DNA of 42,175 bases from Chloroflexota bacterium. GTDB taxonomy: Bacteria; Chloroflexota; Chloroflexia; QHBQ01. Below, one piece after another: positions 15,126 through 24,091 of the stretch. Under the pieces are notes generated by a model. It had not been told where the DNA came from and searched no databases. It worked only from the letters and a program-made list of their open reading frames with translations. Position 1 is the first letter of the stretch. Each line of letters opens with the position of its first letter. The position numbers were made by a program, and so were the translations under genes. The DNA lies in NCBI GenBank assembly GCA_043754535.1, contig JAYUUN010000057.1, forward strand, positions 1 to 42,175, in the 5' to 3' direction.

Positions 15126-16406
15126 ATGCTTACCGCTTGCAACCCTGCCCCGGATACGCTCCGGCAGGAATCGGGTGCTACCCTGCGCCCCCAAGTCGCG
15201 CCGACCAATCAGCGCACCGCCCGCCAGATTAAGGCGCAGCCCTTCTGCTGGCAGGCCGTCTCTGCCTTGCAGACGATCCGCGCTGTCTTCCAGAATCATC
15301 GCCGCATGGCAGCCCTCGTCCTCTATACTACCCTGACCGAAATCGCCTCGCAGCAACGCACTCCTGGACAGGGCAAAACATCCTGCGCCTACCTTGCCAA
15401 CCTTGCGGGCCTTAGCGAACCGACCGCCCGCCGCTACCTGCACGAGTTCGAGCAGATTGGCCTGCTCCGCATCATCCCTGGGGTTCACGCTGCGAACACC
15501 TACGTGCTGCTCGGCGATCCCCTGGCTGACGGCTTGAGCAGCCCGCTGAAGCTAGCCGACGCACCTACCAGCCACGCCAGCCAGCCCACTACTAGCAGTC
15601 GGCTGCAACCGGTGGAGAGTGCAGGGCAGCGGCATGGCTCCACTTCCGTTGCAACGGTGACGCAGCATGGGATCACCGCTGATCGCCCAGAGCCACCCAG
15701 GGGGATCACCGCTGATCGCCAAGTTATAACAAGAGTCCTGAACAAGAAAGACGAACAACCAACAAACAGGCTGGTTGGTGAGCAGCAAGTTGATGTTGCG
15801 ATAGCTGAGCAACCCGCAGCCGACTACGCTCTCGCTGGCGAAGCGATCAACGGCCTGGTGAGGCTAGGGGTGCGCCGTAGCCTCGCCGAGCAACTAGCGG
15901 GCTGCCACCCACCAGCGCAAGTAGAGGGCTGGGTGCTATATGCCCAGGCGACGGTGGGGCTGACTAACCGCGCCGGGTTCGTCCTTGCCCGCTTGCGCGC
16001 TGGCGACCAGCCTCCCAGCCCTGCCCCCACCATCGGCAACTGGTTGCGGCAGCGGCAGGCAGCGGCTGCCGAGCAGAGTACGCTTCGGTCAAACCCTGCG
16101 CCACAGGCATCACCGCCAACCCTAGCTCCGCCTACCGCCTCGGCCACTACCGACGAGTCGCAGCTTGAGCAGGCCAAGCGCGTATGGCTAGCAGCCCAGC
16201 CCGACCTTGAGCTGCTGGTTGGCGGCGATGCCTGGCAGGGCTGGCTAACCCATTGCCGCCTGATAGCAGTGGCGGGCGACTGCTGGCAGGTCTGGCAGGT
16301 GCCTGGTGGCCTGGGCCGGGTGCTAGCCGAGCGTTGGGGCGCACAAATCGCCACCCTGCTCTCACATATCGCTGGGGGGAGGCTGCGCTTGCAGTTCGGT
16401 CGCTAG
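15126..16406 (+). CDS. Putative replication initiator: N-terminal winged HTH, central Rep-like helical domain, C-terminal DnaA domain I-like region
   Basis: wHTH SCAYLANLAGLSEPTARRYLHEFEQIGLL...ANTYVL; LTNRAGFVLARLR resembles the NPAG.L motif of Rep C-domains; tail VWLAAQPDLELLVGGDAWQGWL...CRL resembles the DnaA N-terminal domain; adjacent to parAB. Start at ATG 15126 is inferred. Confidence 0.6.
   Translation: MLTACNPAPDTLRQESGATLRPQVAPTNQRTARQIKAQPFCWQAVSALQTIRAVFQNHRRMAALVLYTTLTEIASQQRTPGQGKTSCAYLANLAGLSEPTARRYLHEFEQIGLLRIIPGVHAANTYVLLGDPLADGLSSPLKLADAPTSHASQPTTSSRLQPVESAGQRHGSTSVATVTQHGITADRPEPPRGITADRQVITRVLNKKDEQPTNRLVGEQQVDVAIAEQPAADYALAGEAINGLVRLGVRRSLAEQLAGCHPPAQVEGWVLYAQATVGLTNRAGFVLARLRAGDQPPSPAPTIGNWLRQRQAAAAEQSTLRSNPAPQASPPTLAPPTASATTDESQLEQAKRVWLAAQPDLELLVGGDAWQGWLTHCRLIAVAGDCWQVWQVPGGLGRVLAERWGAQIATLLSHIAGGRLRLQFGR
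15669..15770 (+). repeat. Iteron-like 19-bp direct repeats plus an A-rich tract inside rep
   Basis: GGGATCACCGCTGATCGCC at 15669-15687 and 15702-15720 (period 33), then AAGTTATAACAAGAGTCCTGAACAAGAAAGACGAACAACCAACAAACAGG. Confidence 0.65.
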
Positions 16407-17755
16407 GTGCGCCGCCGCACTACCATGCTGATGCCTCCCTTTGGTCGTAGCGTCACCAACGGCTCTGGGCGCACTGCCTTACCCTCGAACAACTCGAAGC
16501 GCACCCGCTGGGCGATGCTGGCGAGTAGCAGTTGTCCCTCTAGCATGGCAAAGCCGTTGCCGATGCAGACACGCGGGCCAGCACCAAACGGTAGGTATGC
16601 TCCCTTCGGGATCGCCTTCTCCCGCTCTGGGTCGAAGCGTTCTGGCTCGAAGCGGTTAGGGTTGGCAAAGTAGTCGGGCCGCCGCTGCATGGTGAACACA
16701 TCCACCATCACCAGCGTCCCCTTCTTGATCGCGTAGCCGTCAAGCATGGTATCGCATACTGCCACGCGGGGGATGAAGTGCGCGGGCGGGTAGAGGCGCA
16801 GCGTCTCCTTGAAGACCTGGGTGGTGAAGGTCAGGCGTGGTAGGTCAGCGACCGTCGGCGTGCGGCCTTGCAACACCGCGTCTACCTCGGCTAGCACTCG
16901 CTCATAGCGGCGGGGGTGGCGGGCCAGCAGGTAGAAGGCCCAGGAGAGCGCATTGGCCGCTGTCTCGTGGCCCGCAATAAAGATGGTCATCAGTTCGTCA
17001 CGAATCTGCTCGTCGTCCAAGCCGCTGCCGTCGGCATCTTGCGATTGGATCAGCATAGATAGAAAGTCGCCCTGGTCGCCTGGCTCCCTGCGCCGCTCCT
17101 CGATCATGCGGTAGATGATCGCGTTGAGTGTGGCCTGTGCCTGGCGGTAGTGCAAGGTGGCTGGCACTGGTAGGTAGCTAATGAAGGGGAAGAAGAAATA
17201 GCGGGTGACATATGCCATTGCAGTGACAATCGCATTGCCCAATTCCTTCGCCTCCTGAGTCACATCGCTAGAGAACATCACCCGGCTGATCACCTGCATG
17301 GTGATCTTCTGCATCTCCTGGGTGAAGTTGATCGTGCTGCCATCCTGCCAGATCGTCTGGCGGGCCTCGGCCACCTCGGTCATCGTCTCAGCGTAGGCAG
17401 ACACCCGCTGATGGTTAAAGGCAGGCTGCACCAGGCGGCGCACTCGGCGGTGGGGCTTGTGCTGGCTAGTCAGCAGCCCATGCCCCAGGATCGGTTGGGC
17501 AAGACCTGTCACCTGGTCGGTCTTGTCATAGTCGGCCCAGTTGCCAACCAGCACTTCCTGTACGTACTCTGCCTTGTTCACCCGCACCAGCTTGATCGGG
17601 CCGAGGTTGATCTGGTTAATATCGGGGAAGTCTCGCGCCTGCTGGTTGCGAATCCTGATCCCGTCCATAAACAAGGTGTGCAGGCTGCCCAGCAGCGGCA
17701 ACTCAAACGGGCCAGGGATCACCTTCTTTGCTGGCTTCGGACTTGTGCTGACCAT
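16403..17755 (-). CDS. Cytochrome P450
   Basis: I-helix AGHETAA, ExxR (ETLR), PERF, heme motif FGAGPRVCIG. Start probably 17755 (GGAG RBS); 17758 and 17767 are alternatives. Confidence 0.95.
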   Translation of the reverse strand: MVSTSPKPAKKVIPGPFELPLLGSLHTLFMDGIRIRNQQARDFPDINQINLGPIKLVRVNKAEYVQEVLVGNWADYDKTDQVTGLAQPILGHGLLTSQHKPHRRVRRLVQPAFNHQRVSAYAETMTEVAEARQTIWQDGSTINFTQEMQKITMQVISRVMFSSDVTQEAKELGNAIVTAMAYVTRYFFFPFISYLPVPATLHYRQAQATLNAIIYRMIEERRREPGDQGDFLSMLIQSQDADGSGLDDEQIRDELMTIFIAGHETAANALSWAFYLLARHPRRYERVLAEVDAVLQGRTPTVADLPRLTFTTQVFKETLRLYPPAHFIPRVAVCDTMLDGYAIKKGTLVMVDVFTMQRRPDYFANPNRFEPERFDPEREKAIPKGAYLPFGAGPRVCIGNGFAMLEGQLLLASIAQRVRFELFEGKAVRPEPLVTLRPKGGISMVVRRRT

Positions 17756-17954
17756 CATCTTCTCCATTCGGTACACGCCAATTTGAACACCCGCCTGGCC
17801 CACCAACATCCGAGGATGAGCCAATGCTAATTATAACAAACCTGAGCTGCCAACCAGCACTGCTCCAGCGACCGATCCATTCATAAACCACGATTGTTGC
17901 ACAGCGTCGGCTTTAGTGGTACAATCAATCATGGTTTATGCGAAAGGGGGAGCT

Positions 17955-18782
17955 ATGCGGCTACCGTTCTGCGCCAGGCAAAATGACAGCCTTGCGGGTG
18001 CCATCCGCGATGTTACATACAGTACCAGCGGGCGGCAGCCGTTGCGCCTGGACATCTACCCGCCGACGGCAGCCCGCAAGCGGCTGGCTCCACTTATCCT
18101 CTATATACACGGTGGGGGCTGGGTGATCGGCAGCAAGTTTAGCTCCGTCCGTTCGGTGCCAGGGTTGCGACGGCTGATCGGCAAGCTGCGGCGGCGCGGC
18201 TACCTCTTTGTCGCCCTGGACTACCGTATGATCCTCACCCACGCCTGGCCCGCCCCACTACAGGACATCGTGGCTGCCCTCGCTTACCTACGCGCCAATG
18301 CCGCTCTCTACAACCTTGACCCCAGTCGGGTTGGTCTACTTGGCGACAGTGCAGGCGGTCACCTGGCTGCCCTCGTTGCCCTCAACGGCATGGCAGGCGA
18401 GATTGGCGCGGTGGTTGACCTATTTGGCCCTAGCGACCTCAGCTACCTCAGCCGCATCCCTGGCTTGGCCCCGCTCCTCCCCCACCTGCTAAGGAGCGAA
18501 CGCAGGTTGACCGCTGACCTTCTGCGGGCTGCCAGCCCTATCAGCCACATATCACCTGAAAGCCCACCCTTCCTGATCGTGCAGGGCGAACGTGATCCGC
18601 TCGTGCCGCCAGCCCAGGCGCGTACTCTCTACCGCCTGCTGAGCGAAGCGGGGGTGGCCGCCCACCTGATCATGGTCGAGAACGCCACCCATGCGCTGCT
18701 GCCACTCGGCTGGCCGCTGCGCCCTAGCCTGCGCGAAATTGGCCGCGAGATAGCCGCCTTCTACGACCGCCACCTGCGCTGA
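17955..18782 (+). CDS. Alpha/beta hydrolase (HSL-family esterase/lipase)
   Basis: HGGGW oxyanion motif, GDSAGG nucleophile elbow, D in GERDPLVP, H in ATH; promoter TTGCAC-N17-TACAAT at 17897-17925. Confidence 0.9.
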   Translation: MRLPFCARQNDSLAGAIRDVTYSTSGRQPLRLDIYPPTAARKRLAPLILYIHGGGWVIGSKFSSVRSVPGLRRLIGKLRRRGYLFVALDYRMILTHAWPAPLQDIVAALAYLRANAALYNLDPSRVGLLGDSAGGHLAALVALNGMAGEIGAVVDLFGPSDLSYLSRIPGLAPLLPHLLRSERRLTADLLRAASPISHISPESPPFLIVQGERDPLVPPAQARTLYRLLSEAGVAAHLIMVENATHALLPLGWPLRPSLREIGREIAAFYDRHLR

Positions 18783-18916
18783 GGAGTAGGCAGGATCAGC
18801 CACCTGGCTGCTCCCCAAATCAGCCAGCTTGCCCGGCATACATACCACTGGAGACGGATGCGGAACTGGGCCAGCAAGCGGTATAATGCTAGCAACTGAC
18901 TAGAGGGAGCGCACAG

Positions 18917-20566
18917 ATGTTGAGCATAGAGCGCGTGGGCCGCTACTACGGCACCCGCCCGATCTTCGAGAACCTCACCTGGCAGATCGAGCCGGGCGAA
19001 CATAGCGGCCTAGTCGGGCCGAATGGGGCGGGCAAGTCCACCCTGCTACGCCTGCTCGCGGGCATAGATCGCCCTGACGAGGGCCAGATCATCGCGCGGC
19101 GCGGCCTCAAGGCGGCCTATCTCCCACAGGAGGTGCCAGCCCCCGTTGGTTCTACCCCCCTCTCTATCGCGCTAGAAGCCCGTCCCGACCTCAGCGCGAT
19201 CAGTGCGGCCATTGAGGCTGCCGGGCAGCAAATGAGCCAGCCCGCAGTCTACAGTGATGCTACCCGCCTGATGCAGGTAGCGGACGAACACGCCCACCTG
19301 CTTGAGCAGTACGAGGAGCTTGGCGGCCCCCGACTGGACAACGAGGCAACAGCCCTGCTTCGCAGCCTGGGCTTCAGCGACGACGAACTGCATGAACCGC
19401 TGCCCACCCTCAGTGGCGGCCAGAAGAAGCTGGCCCACGTCGCCCGCTGCATCCTCGCTCACCCCGACCTGTTGCTGCTGGACGAACCAGACAATCACCT
19501 TGACATGGCAGGCAAGGCCCGCCTTGAAGCGGTGATCCGCAACTTTCCTGGCGCGGTGATCGTCATCTCCCACGACCGCTACCTGCTGGACGAGACGGTG
19601 ACGCAGATCGCCGAGCTTGAGGATGGCAAGCTCCTCCTTTTCCCCGGCGACTACTCGGCCTACGCCGTGCAGAAGGAGTTGCTGCTCGCCACCCAGCAGG
19701 CCAACTTCGCCGACCAGCAGAAGGAGATTGCCCACCTGGAGGAGGCGGTCGCCCGCTTCAAGGATTGGGCTAGCCGCACCCAGGATAAGGAGAAGCTGAT
19801 GCGGAAGGCGCGCAATACCCAGAGGCGGCTGGATCGCGTTGAGCGGCTAGACAAGCCAGTGCTGGAACGCCGCCGCATGGCCCTCGCCCTTCACCCTTCG
19901 CAGCGTGGCGGCCAGAAGGTAGTCGAGCTGCGAGGGGTCAGCAAGTCTTTCGCCGTTGAAGCAGGCAATGTCGCCGTGTTGCGCGACCTGCACGGGCTGG
20001 TGCGCCACGGCGAAAGGGTTGGCATCATTGGCCCAAACGGGGCGGGTAAGTCCGTCCTCTTTCGCCTGATTGAGGGCCAGCTTGAGCCGACGGCTGGCAG
20101 CGTCTGGGTTGGCCCCAGCATCGCCCTCGCAAGCTATACCCAGGAACACCAGTCGCTTGACCCTGAGCGCACATTGGTAGAGACGATTCGCGCTCAAACG
20201 GCAATGTACGAGGGGCAGGCCTACGCGTTCCTCGGCAAGTTTCTCTTTGGCTACGAACAGGCCAGCCACAAAGTCGCCACCCTCAGCGGCGGTGAGAAGG
20301 CGCGCCTGCAACTGGCCTGCCTGATGCTCTCTGGGGCCAACTGCCTGCTGCTCGACGAGCCAACCAACAACCTCGACATCCTCTCTGCCGAAGTGCTAGA
20401 ACGCACCCTCGCCGCCTATGCAGGCACGGTGATCGTCATCTCCCACGACCGCTACTTCCTAGACCGGGTGGCGGATCGCCTCTGGCTGCTGGATGCTGGC
20501 CGCCTACAGCAGTACGAGGGCGGTTGGAGCGAGTACGAGGCGCACCGCGAACTGACCACTGCCTGA
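18917..20566 (+). CDS. ABC-F family ATPase (ribosome-associated)
   Basis: Two NBDs (GPNGAGKS x2, LSGGQ/LSGGE, LLLDEP, ISHDRY), no TM segments, basic inter-domain linker. Confidence 0.92.
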   Translation: MLSIERVGRYYGTRPIFENLTWQIEPGEHSGLVGPNGAGKSTLLRLLAGIDRPDEGQIIARRGLKAAYLPQEVPAPVGSTPLSIALEARPDLSAISAAIEAAGQQMSQPAVYSDATRLMQVADEHAHLLEQYEELGGPRLDNEATALLRSLGFSDDELHEPLPTLSGGQKKLAHVARCILAHPDLLLLDEPDNHLDMAGKARLEAVIRNFPGAVIVISHDRYLLDETVTQIAELEDGKLLLFPGDYSAYAVQKELLLATQQANFADQQKEIAHLEEAVARFKDWASRTQDKEKLMRKARNTQRRLDRVERLDKPVLERRRMALALHPSQRGGQKVVELRGVSKSFAVEAGNVAVLRDLHGLVRHGERVGIIGPNGAGKSVLFRLIEGQLEPTAGSVWVGPSIALASYTQEHQSLDPERTLVETIRAQTAMYEGQAYAFLGKFLFGYEQASHKVATLSGGEKARLQLACLMLSGANCLLLDEPTNNLDILSAEVLERTLAAYAGTVIVISHDRYFLDRVADRLWLLDAGRLQQYEGGWSEYEAHRELTTA

Positions 20567-21094
20567 ACCGCACTCCCTACTCATCTCCGAGTCGTTCTCT
20601 GCTCTTGCTAAAGCCGCTCTAGTGTGGTATATTCTTCATGGCAGATGTAGATGGCCGTCGCAGTGCCACTGATCATAGTTGCGCGTAACGACTGGTCTTT
20701 TAATTCCGTTGTATGGCTGGCACTCCAGTTTACTTGCGTACTGGCAAATGGAAGTGGAAAAGAGCAGCACCGCAGCCTGAGTACACAGGCCGCCGATGTT
20801 GCTTTTGCCGACCCCAAAAGGTGGCTGCGGCCCCTTGCAAGATTAACCGTGTCAGTCACCCTCGCTTCCCAGCTTGCAACGGCGCAGGCAAGGAACCACA
20901 ACCCACCATGCCCGGTGTTCGAACTAGCAGCCCCCAGAGTACCTGCTGCCAGCCCACCCGATTTTGGTAAGGTAGTGGTAAGTTGACAGGGGTGGTAATA
21001 TTATTGTGCGGGACAACTCGCACAGTGCGTTAACATCATGCGAGACGATGAAAGTCTAGCACTCATTTATTCGGTCATCGTGAGGAGAGAAACG

Positions 21095-23572
21095 ATGCAT
21101 AAAAGACGAACCAACCGTTCACCCGGCACCTTGGCGTGGCTAGCTGCCGCATTCATGCTCCTGGCATCGCTGGGCGCACTTAGCAGCAGCGTGTCTGCTG
21201 CCCCTACCGTGGCCCAAGCAGCCTCCGCTAGCTCCTCTGCCAGTGCAACAGGCAGCCAGTTCGCTGCTCAATCCCCGTTCACCTGGCTGATCAACCTAGG
21301 CAACAGACTAAACGCCCAGCCTCCACAGAACGCGGCTGCTCTGTTCAGTTTGCTTGCTGGCGGCTCGGCTAAGGTGAGCAACAACCCTGCTGCCACTAGG
21401 CTGCTTAACGTCCCGTTCAAGCCCGCAGTCAAGACTACGGGGATTGGGCCGAACGCGGGCGCATTCATCAATCTCAACCGTAATCCCACTCCACCAGCTT
21501 GTGTTCAGCCTGGCGGCACTGTCGCTTACAACTGGGTCGTTACTTACGACACCACCCCAAACTACTTCACCGTCGAAATCCATGACCCCAGCGACACCCT
21601 CATTGATGGGCCGTACAACTATCCCCCGCTCAGCCCTGCTCCAGTGGCTGGCGGCTCACCCTACACTGGTAACCGCACCTGGATCGTACCAGTGGGGGCC
21701 GCACCAGGTGTCTACCGCATCCTCTCTCGCTACTTCTCGCTCGAAGTGGGCAATGAGGCTGGGTCAGATGTGACCTTCTTCGTCTGCAACAGCCAGGCCA
21801 ACCTGCGCCTGCGGAAGATGAACGACGTAGATGGTGTCGCTGGCACCACCGGAGACGATGTTCCCCTCAGTGGCTGGGTACTCTGCGTCACCTTCTCTGC
21901 GCCCTTCTCTGGTACCTTCTGCAAGGTCACTGATGTCAACGGCTATGCCAACTTCCCCAACATCCCCGCTGGCGGCGTTGTCGTCTCGGAGGTGTTGCAG
22001 CCTGGCTGGGTCAACACGGTACCAGGTGCTATCTCTGCACCGCTAACTCTACTGCCTGGTAGTAGCACTGACTTCGTCTTTGCTAACCACAGCGTAGGTA
22101 CGCCGACCCCAACTGGCACTGCCACCGGCACACCCACCGCGACTGGTACTGCCACTAACACCGCCACCGCCACTGGCACCGCCACCGCCACTGCGACCCG
22201 CACAGCCACTGGCACGGCCACAGCGACTGGCACTGCGACGAACACGCCGACGAACACGGCTACTCGTACCTCGACCCGCACAGCCACTGGCACGGCCACA
22301 GCGACTGGCACTGCGACGAACACGCCGACGAACACGGCCACTCGTACCTCGACCAACACGCCGCTGCCGACCAATACACCGACGAGTACTAGTACTGCGA
22401 CGAACACGCCGACGAACACGGCCACTCGTACCTCGACCAACACGCCGCTGCCGAGCAATACACCGACGAATACCCCGGTGCCACCAACTGCAACCAACAC
22501 CGCTACCCCAGTACCACCGACCGCAACTAGTACTGCTACTCCAGTGCCACCAACTGCGACCAATACTCCAGTGCCACCAACTGCGACCAACACTGCTACG
22601 CCAGCAACACCAACCGCGACTAGTAGTGCTACCCCGGTGCCGCCAACCGCGACCAGCACCCCGGTGCCACCGACGGTAACTAACACGCCAGCGGCTCCAA
22701 CCAGCACCCCGGTGCCACCGACCGTAACTAACACGCCAGCGGCTCCGACCAGCACGCCAGCGGCTCCGACCAACACGCCAGCGGCTCCGACCAACACGCC
22801 AGTGGCTCCGACCAACACGCCAGCGCCAGTGCCAACCCGCTACTGCCCGCCGGGTCGCCCCAGCTGCGAACCGGGCCGCCCCCCAGGCCGCCTGCCGCTG
22901 CCGACTGATACCCCTGTACCGACCACAACCTCGACTGCAACCGCACCTGCAACCGGCACCCCGCTGCCGCCGACCAGTACGCCAGTGCAGCCGACCCAGA
23001 CCAGCACCCCGCCGCAAAGCACCCCGGTCGAACTGACTGCTACCAGCACGCCAGTGCCGACTGAGCCAACCAACCCCTGCCTCACACCAGTGGCGGGCGG
23101 CACCCCTGGTGGCAATATGCCTCCTGGCGGCACCATGCCTCCGGGCTGCACCAGCCCAACCCCAACCAACCCCTGCCTCACACCAGTGGCGGGCGGCACC
23201 CCTGGTGGCAATATGCCTCCTGGTGGCACCATGCCCCCGGGCTGCACCACCCCAACCAACCCCTGCCTCACGCCGGTGGCGGGCGGCACCCCTGGTGGCA
23301 ATATGCCTCCTGGTGGCATGATGCCTCCGGGCTGCACCACCCCGAACCCGTCGGGTGGCCCGACCCGCACTGCCCTCAGCAGCGGCGGCCCGACCCCAAC
23401 CCCTGATGCCGAGACTGGTGGCGCACGCGGCAAGATTCCGCGCAAGCTGCCTAGAACTGGCGCAGGCGAAGGCGACTCGACCAACCTGATCACCTTCTTC
23501 GCCCTCGGCTTTGGCCTCGCCAGCATCATGCTCGGCTTCGGTCTACGCCGCCGGACGCGCACGAACAGGTAG
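21095..23572 (+). CDS. Large LPXTG-type surface protein: Ig-like and CnaB/SdrD-B-like domains, Pro/Thr stalk, Cys-bounded repeats
   Basis: Signal peptide ending [19 protein letters not shown]...VSEV..PGW; long PT repeats; C-terminal LPRTG, hydrophobic helix and RRRTR tail; RBS GAGGAG before ATG 21095. Confidence 0.8.
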   Translation: MHKRRTNRSPGTLAWLAAAFMLLASLGALSSSVSAAPTVAQAASASSSASATGSQFAAQSPFTWLINLGNRLNAQPPQNAAALFSLLAGGSAKVSNNPAATRLLNVPFKPAVKTTGIGPNAGAFINLNRNPTPPACVQPGGTVAYNWVVTYDTTPNYFTVEIHDPSDTLIDGPYNYPPLSPAPVAGGSPYTGNRTWIVPVGAAPGVYRILSRYFSLEVGNEAGSDVTFFVCNSQANLRLRKMNDVDGVAGTTGDDVPLSGWVLCVTFSAPFSGTFCKVTDVNGYANFPNIPAGGVVVSEVLQPGWVNTVPGAISAPLTLLPGSSTDFVFANHSVGTPTPTGTATGTPTATGTATNTATATGTATATATRTATGTATATGTATNTPTNTATRTSTRTATGTATATGTATNTPTNTATRTSTNTPLPTNTPTSTSTATNTPTNTATRTSTNTPLPSNTPTNTPVPPTATNTATPVPPTATSTATPVPPTATNTPVPPTATNTATPATPTATSSATPVPPTATSTPVPPTVTNTPAAPTSTPVPPTVTNTPAAPTSTPAAPTNTPAAPTNTPVAPTNTPAPVPTRYCPPGRPSCEPGRPPGRLPLPTDTPVPTTTSTATAPATGTPLPPTSTPVQPTQTSTPPQSTPVELTATSTPVPTEPTNPCLTPVAGGTPGGNMPPGGTMPPGCTSPTPTNPCLTPVAGGTPGGNMPPGGTMPPGCTTPTNPCLTPVAGGTPGGNMPPGGMMPPGCTTPNPSGGPTRTALSSGGPTPTPDAETGGARGKIPRKLPRTGAGEGDSTNLITFFALGFGLASIMLGFGLRRRTRTNR
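22100..23060 (+). repeat. Pro/Thr-rich tandem repeats, including a 78-bp near-exact duplication
   Basis: [31 protein letters not shown] and PAAPTNT units. Confidence 0.85.
23066..23342 (+). repeat. Three ~90-96 bp repeats encoding [22 protein letters not shown](T/M)MPPGCT
   Basis: Copies start at 23066, 23162 and 23252. Confidence 0.9.
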
Positions 23573-23596
23573 TACCACGACCAGCAACCCATAAGT

Positions 23597-23634
23597 AGCG
23601 GGGGCAGTAGAGCAATCTACCGCCCCCGCTTTCT
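23597..23634 (+). terminator. Intrinsic terminator
   Basis: AGCGGGGGCAGTAGA-GCAA-TCTACCGCCCCCGCT then TTCT. Confidence 0.75.
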
Positions 23635-23675
23635 GTGCCACCTACTTGTGGCACGCTGCTTGCCCCATCATCCCC

Positions 23676-24077
23676 ATGTCCAATCTTACCCTGCTCAACG
23701 AGATTGCCGCCACCGACCGTACATTCCAGCGGGTGGGCGACCAGTGGATCGGCAAGTGCCTGATCTGCCGCGCACCAATGCGCTTCGATGCGGGGAACGG
23801 GGAGGGGGCGACGGTCGAACATATCCTGCCGCGCACTGCCGGGGGCAGCAACGACCTGCACAACCTGGGCCTTGCCCATCCCGCCTGCAACTGGGAGAAG
23901 GGGCGCAACTGGGATAGCAAGAAGGCCAGCCGCCGCCGGGCTGACCCTCAGAAGTACGCTGCCCTGGTTGATCGCCTGCTGCTTGAACGTCAACAGCGTT
24001 GGCGCGACCCCCTTTCTTTAGCTGCAATCCTTGCCATTGCAAGAAGAAGTTACCATACTTATAGGGCGCAGTGGTAG
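23676..24077 (+). CDS. Small HNH endonuclease
   Basis: CLIC...ATVEHILPRTAGGSNDLHNL.LAHPACNWEKG. Confidence 0.85.
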   Translation: MSNLTLLNEIAATDRTFQRVGDQWIGKCLICRAPMRFDAGNGEGATVEHILPRTAGGSNDLHNLGLAHPACNWEKGRNWDSKKASRRRADPQKYAALVDRLLLERQQRWRDPLSLAAILAIARRSYHTYRAQW

Positions 24078-24091
24078 ACGGGGAGCAAGCA

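Noticed and set aside
14961..15488. 175-aa minus-strand ORF
   Set aside because: Antisense shadow of the rep wHTH region with no recognisable motifs.
14638..16406. Type II toxin-antitoxin pair
   Set aside because: The gene after the Phd-like ORF is about 200 bp away and is a 426-aa wHTH protein with no RelE, PIN or Fic motifs.
11463..16406. Prophage or integrative element
   Set aside because: No integrase, structural, relaxase or transposase genes and no att-like flanking repeats or tRNA seen.
18917..20566. Antibiotic-resistance (ARE) ABC-F
   Set aside because: The subfamily cannot be assigned by eye and no leader peptide or attenuator was evident.
20980..21090. c-di-GMP or c-di-AMP riboswitch before the surface protein
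   Set aside because: The conserved cores (for example GGCAAAC...GACGCAAAGC) are not present.
21943..23592. Long Val/Gly/Ala or Arg/Trp-rich minus-strand ORFs (similar ones at 5071-6039 and 40317-41528)
   Set aside because: Antisense shadows of repeat-rich or GC-rich real genes.
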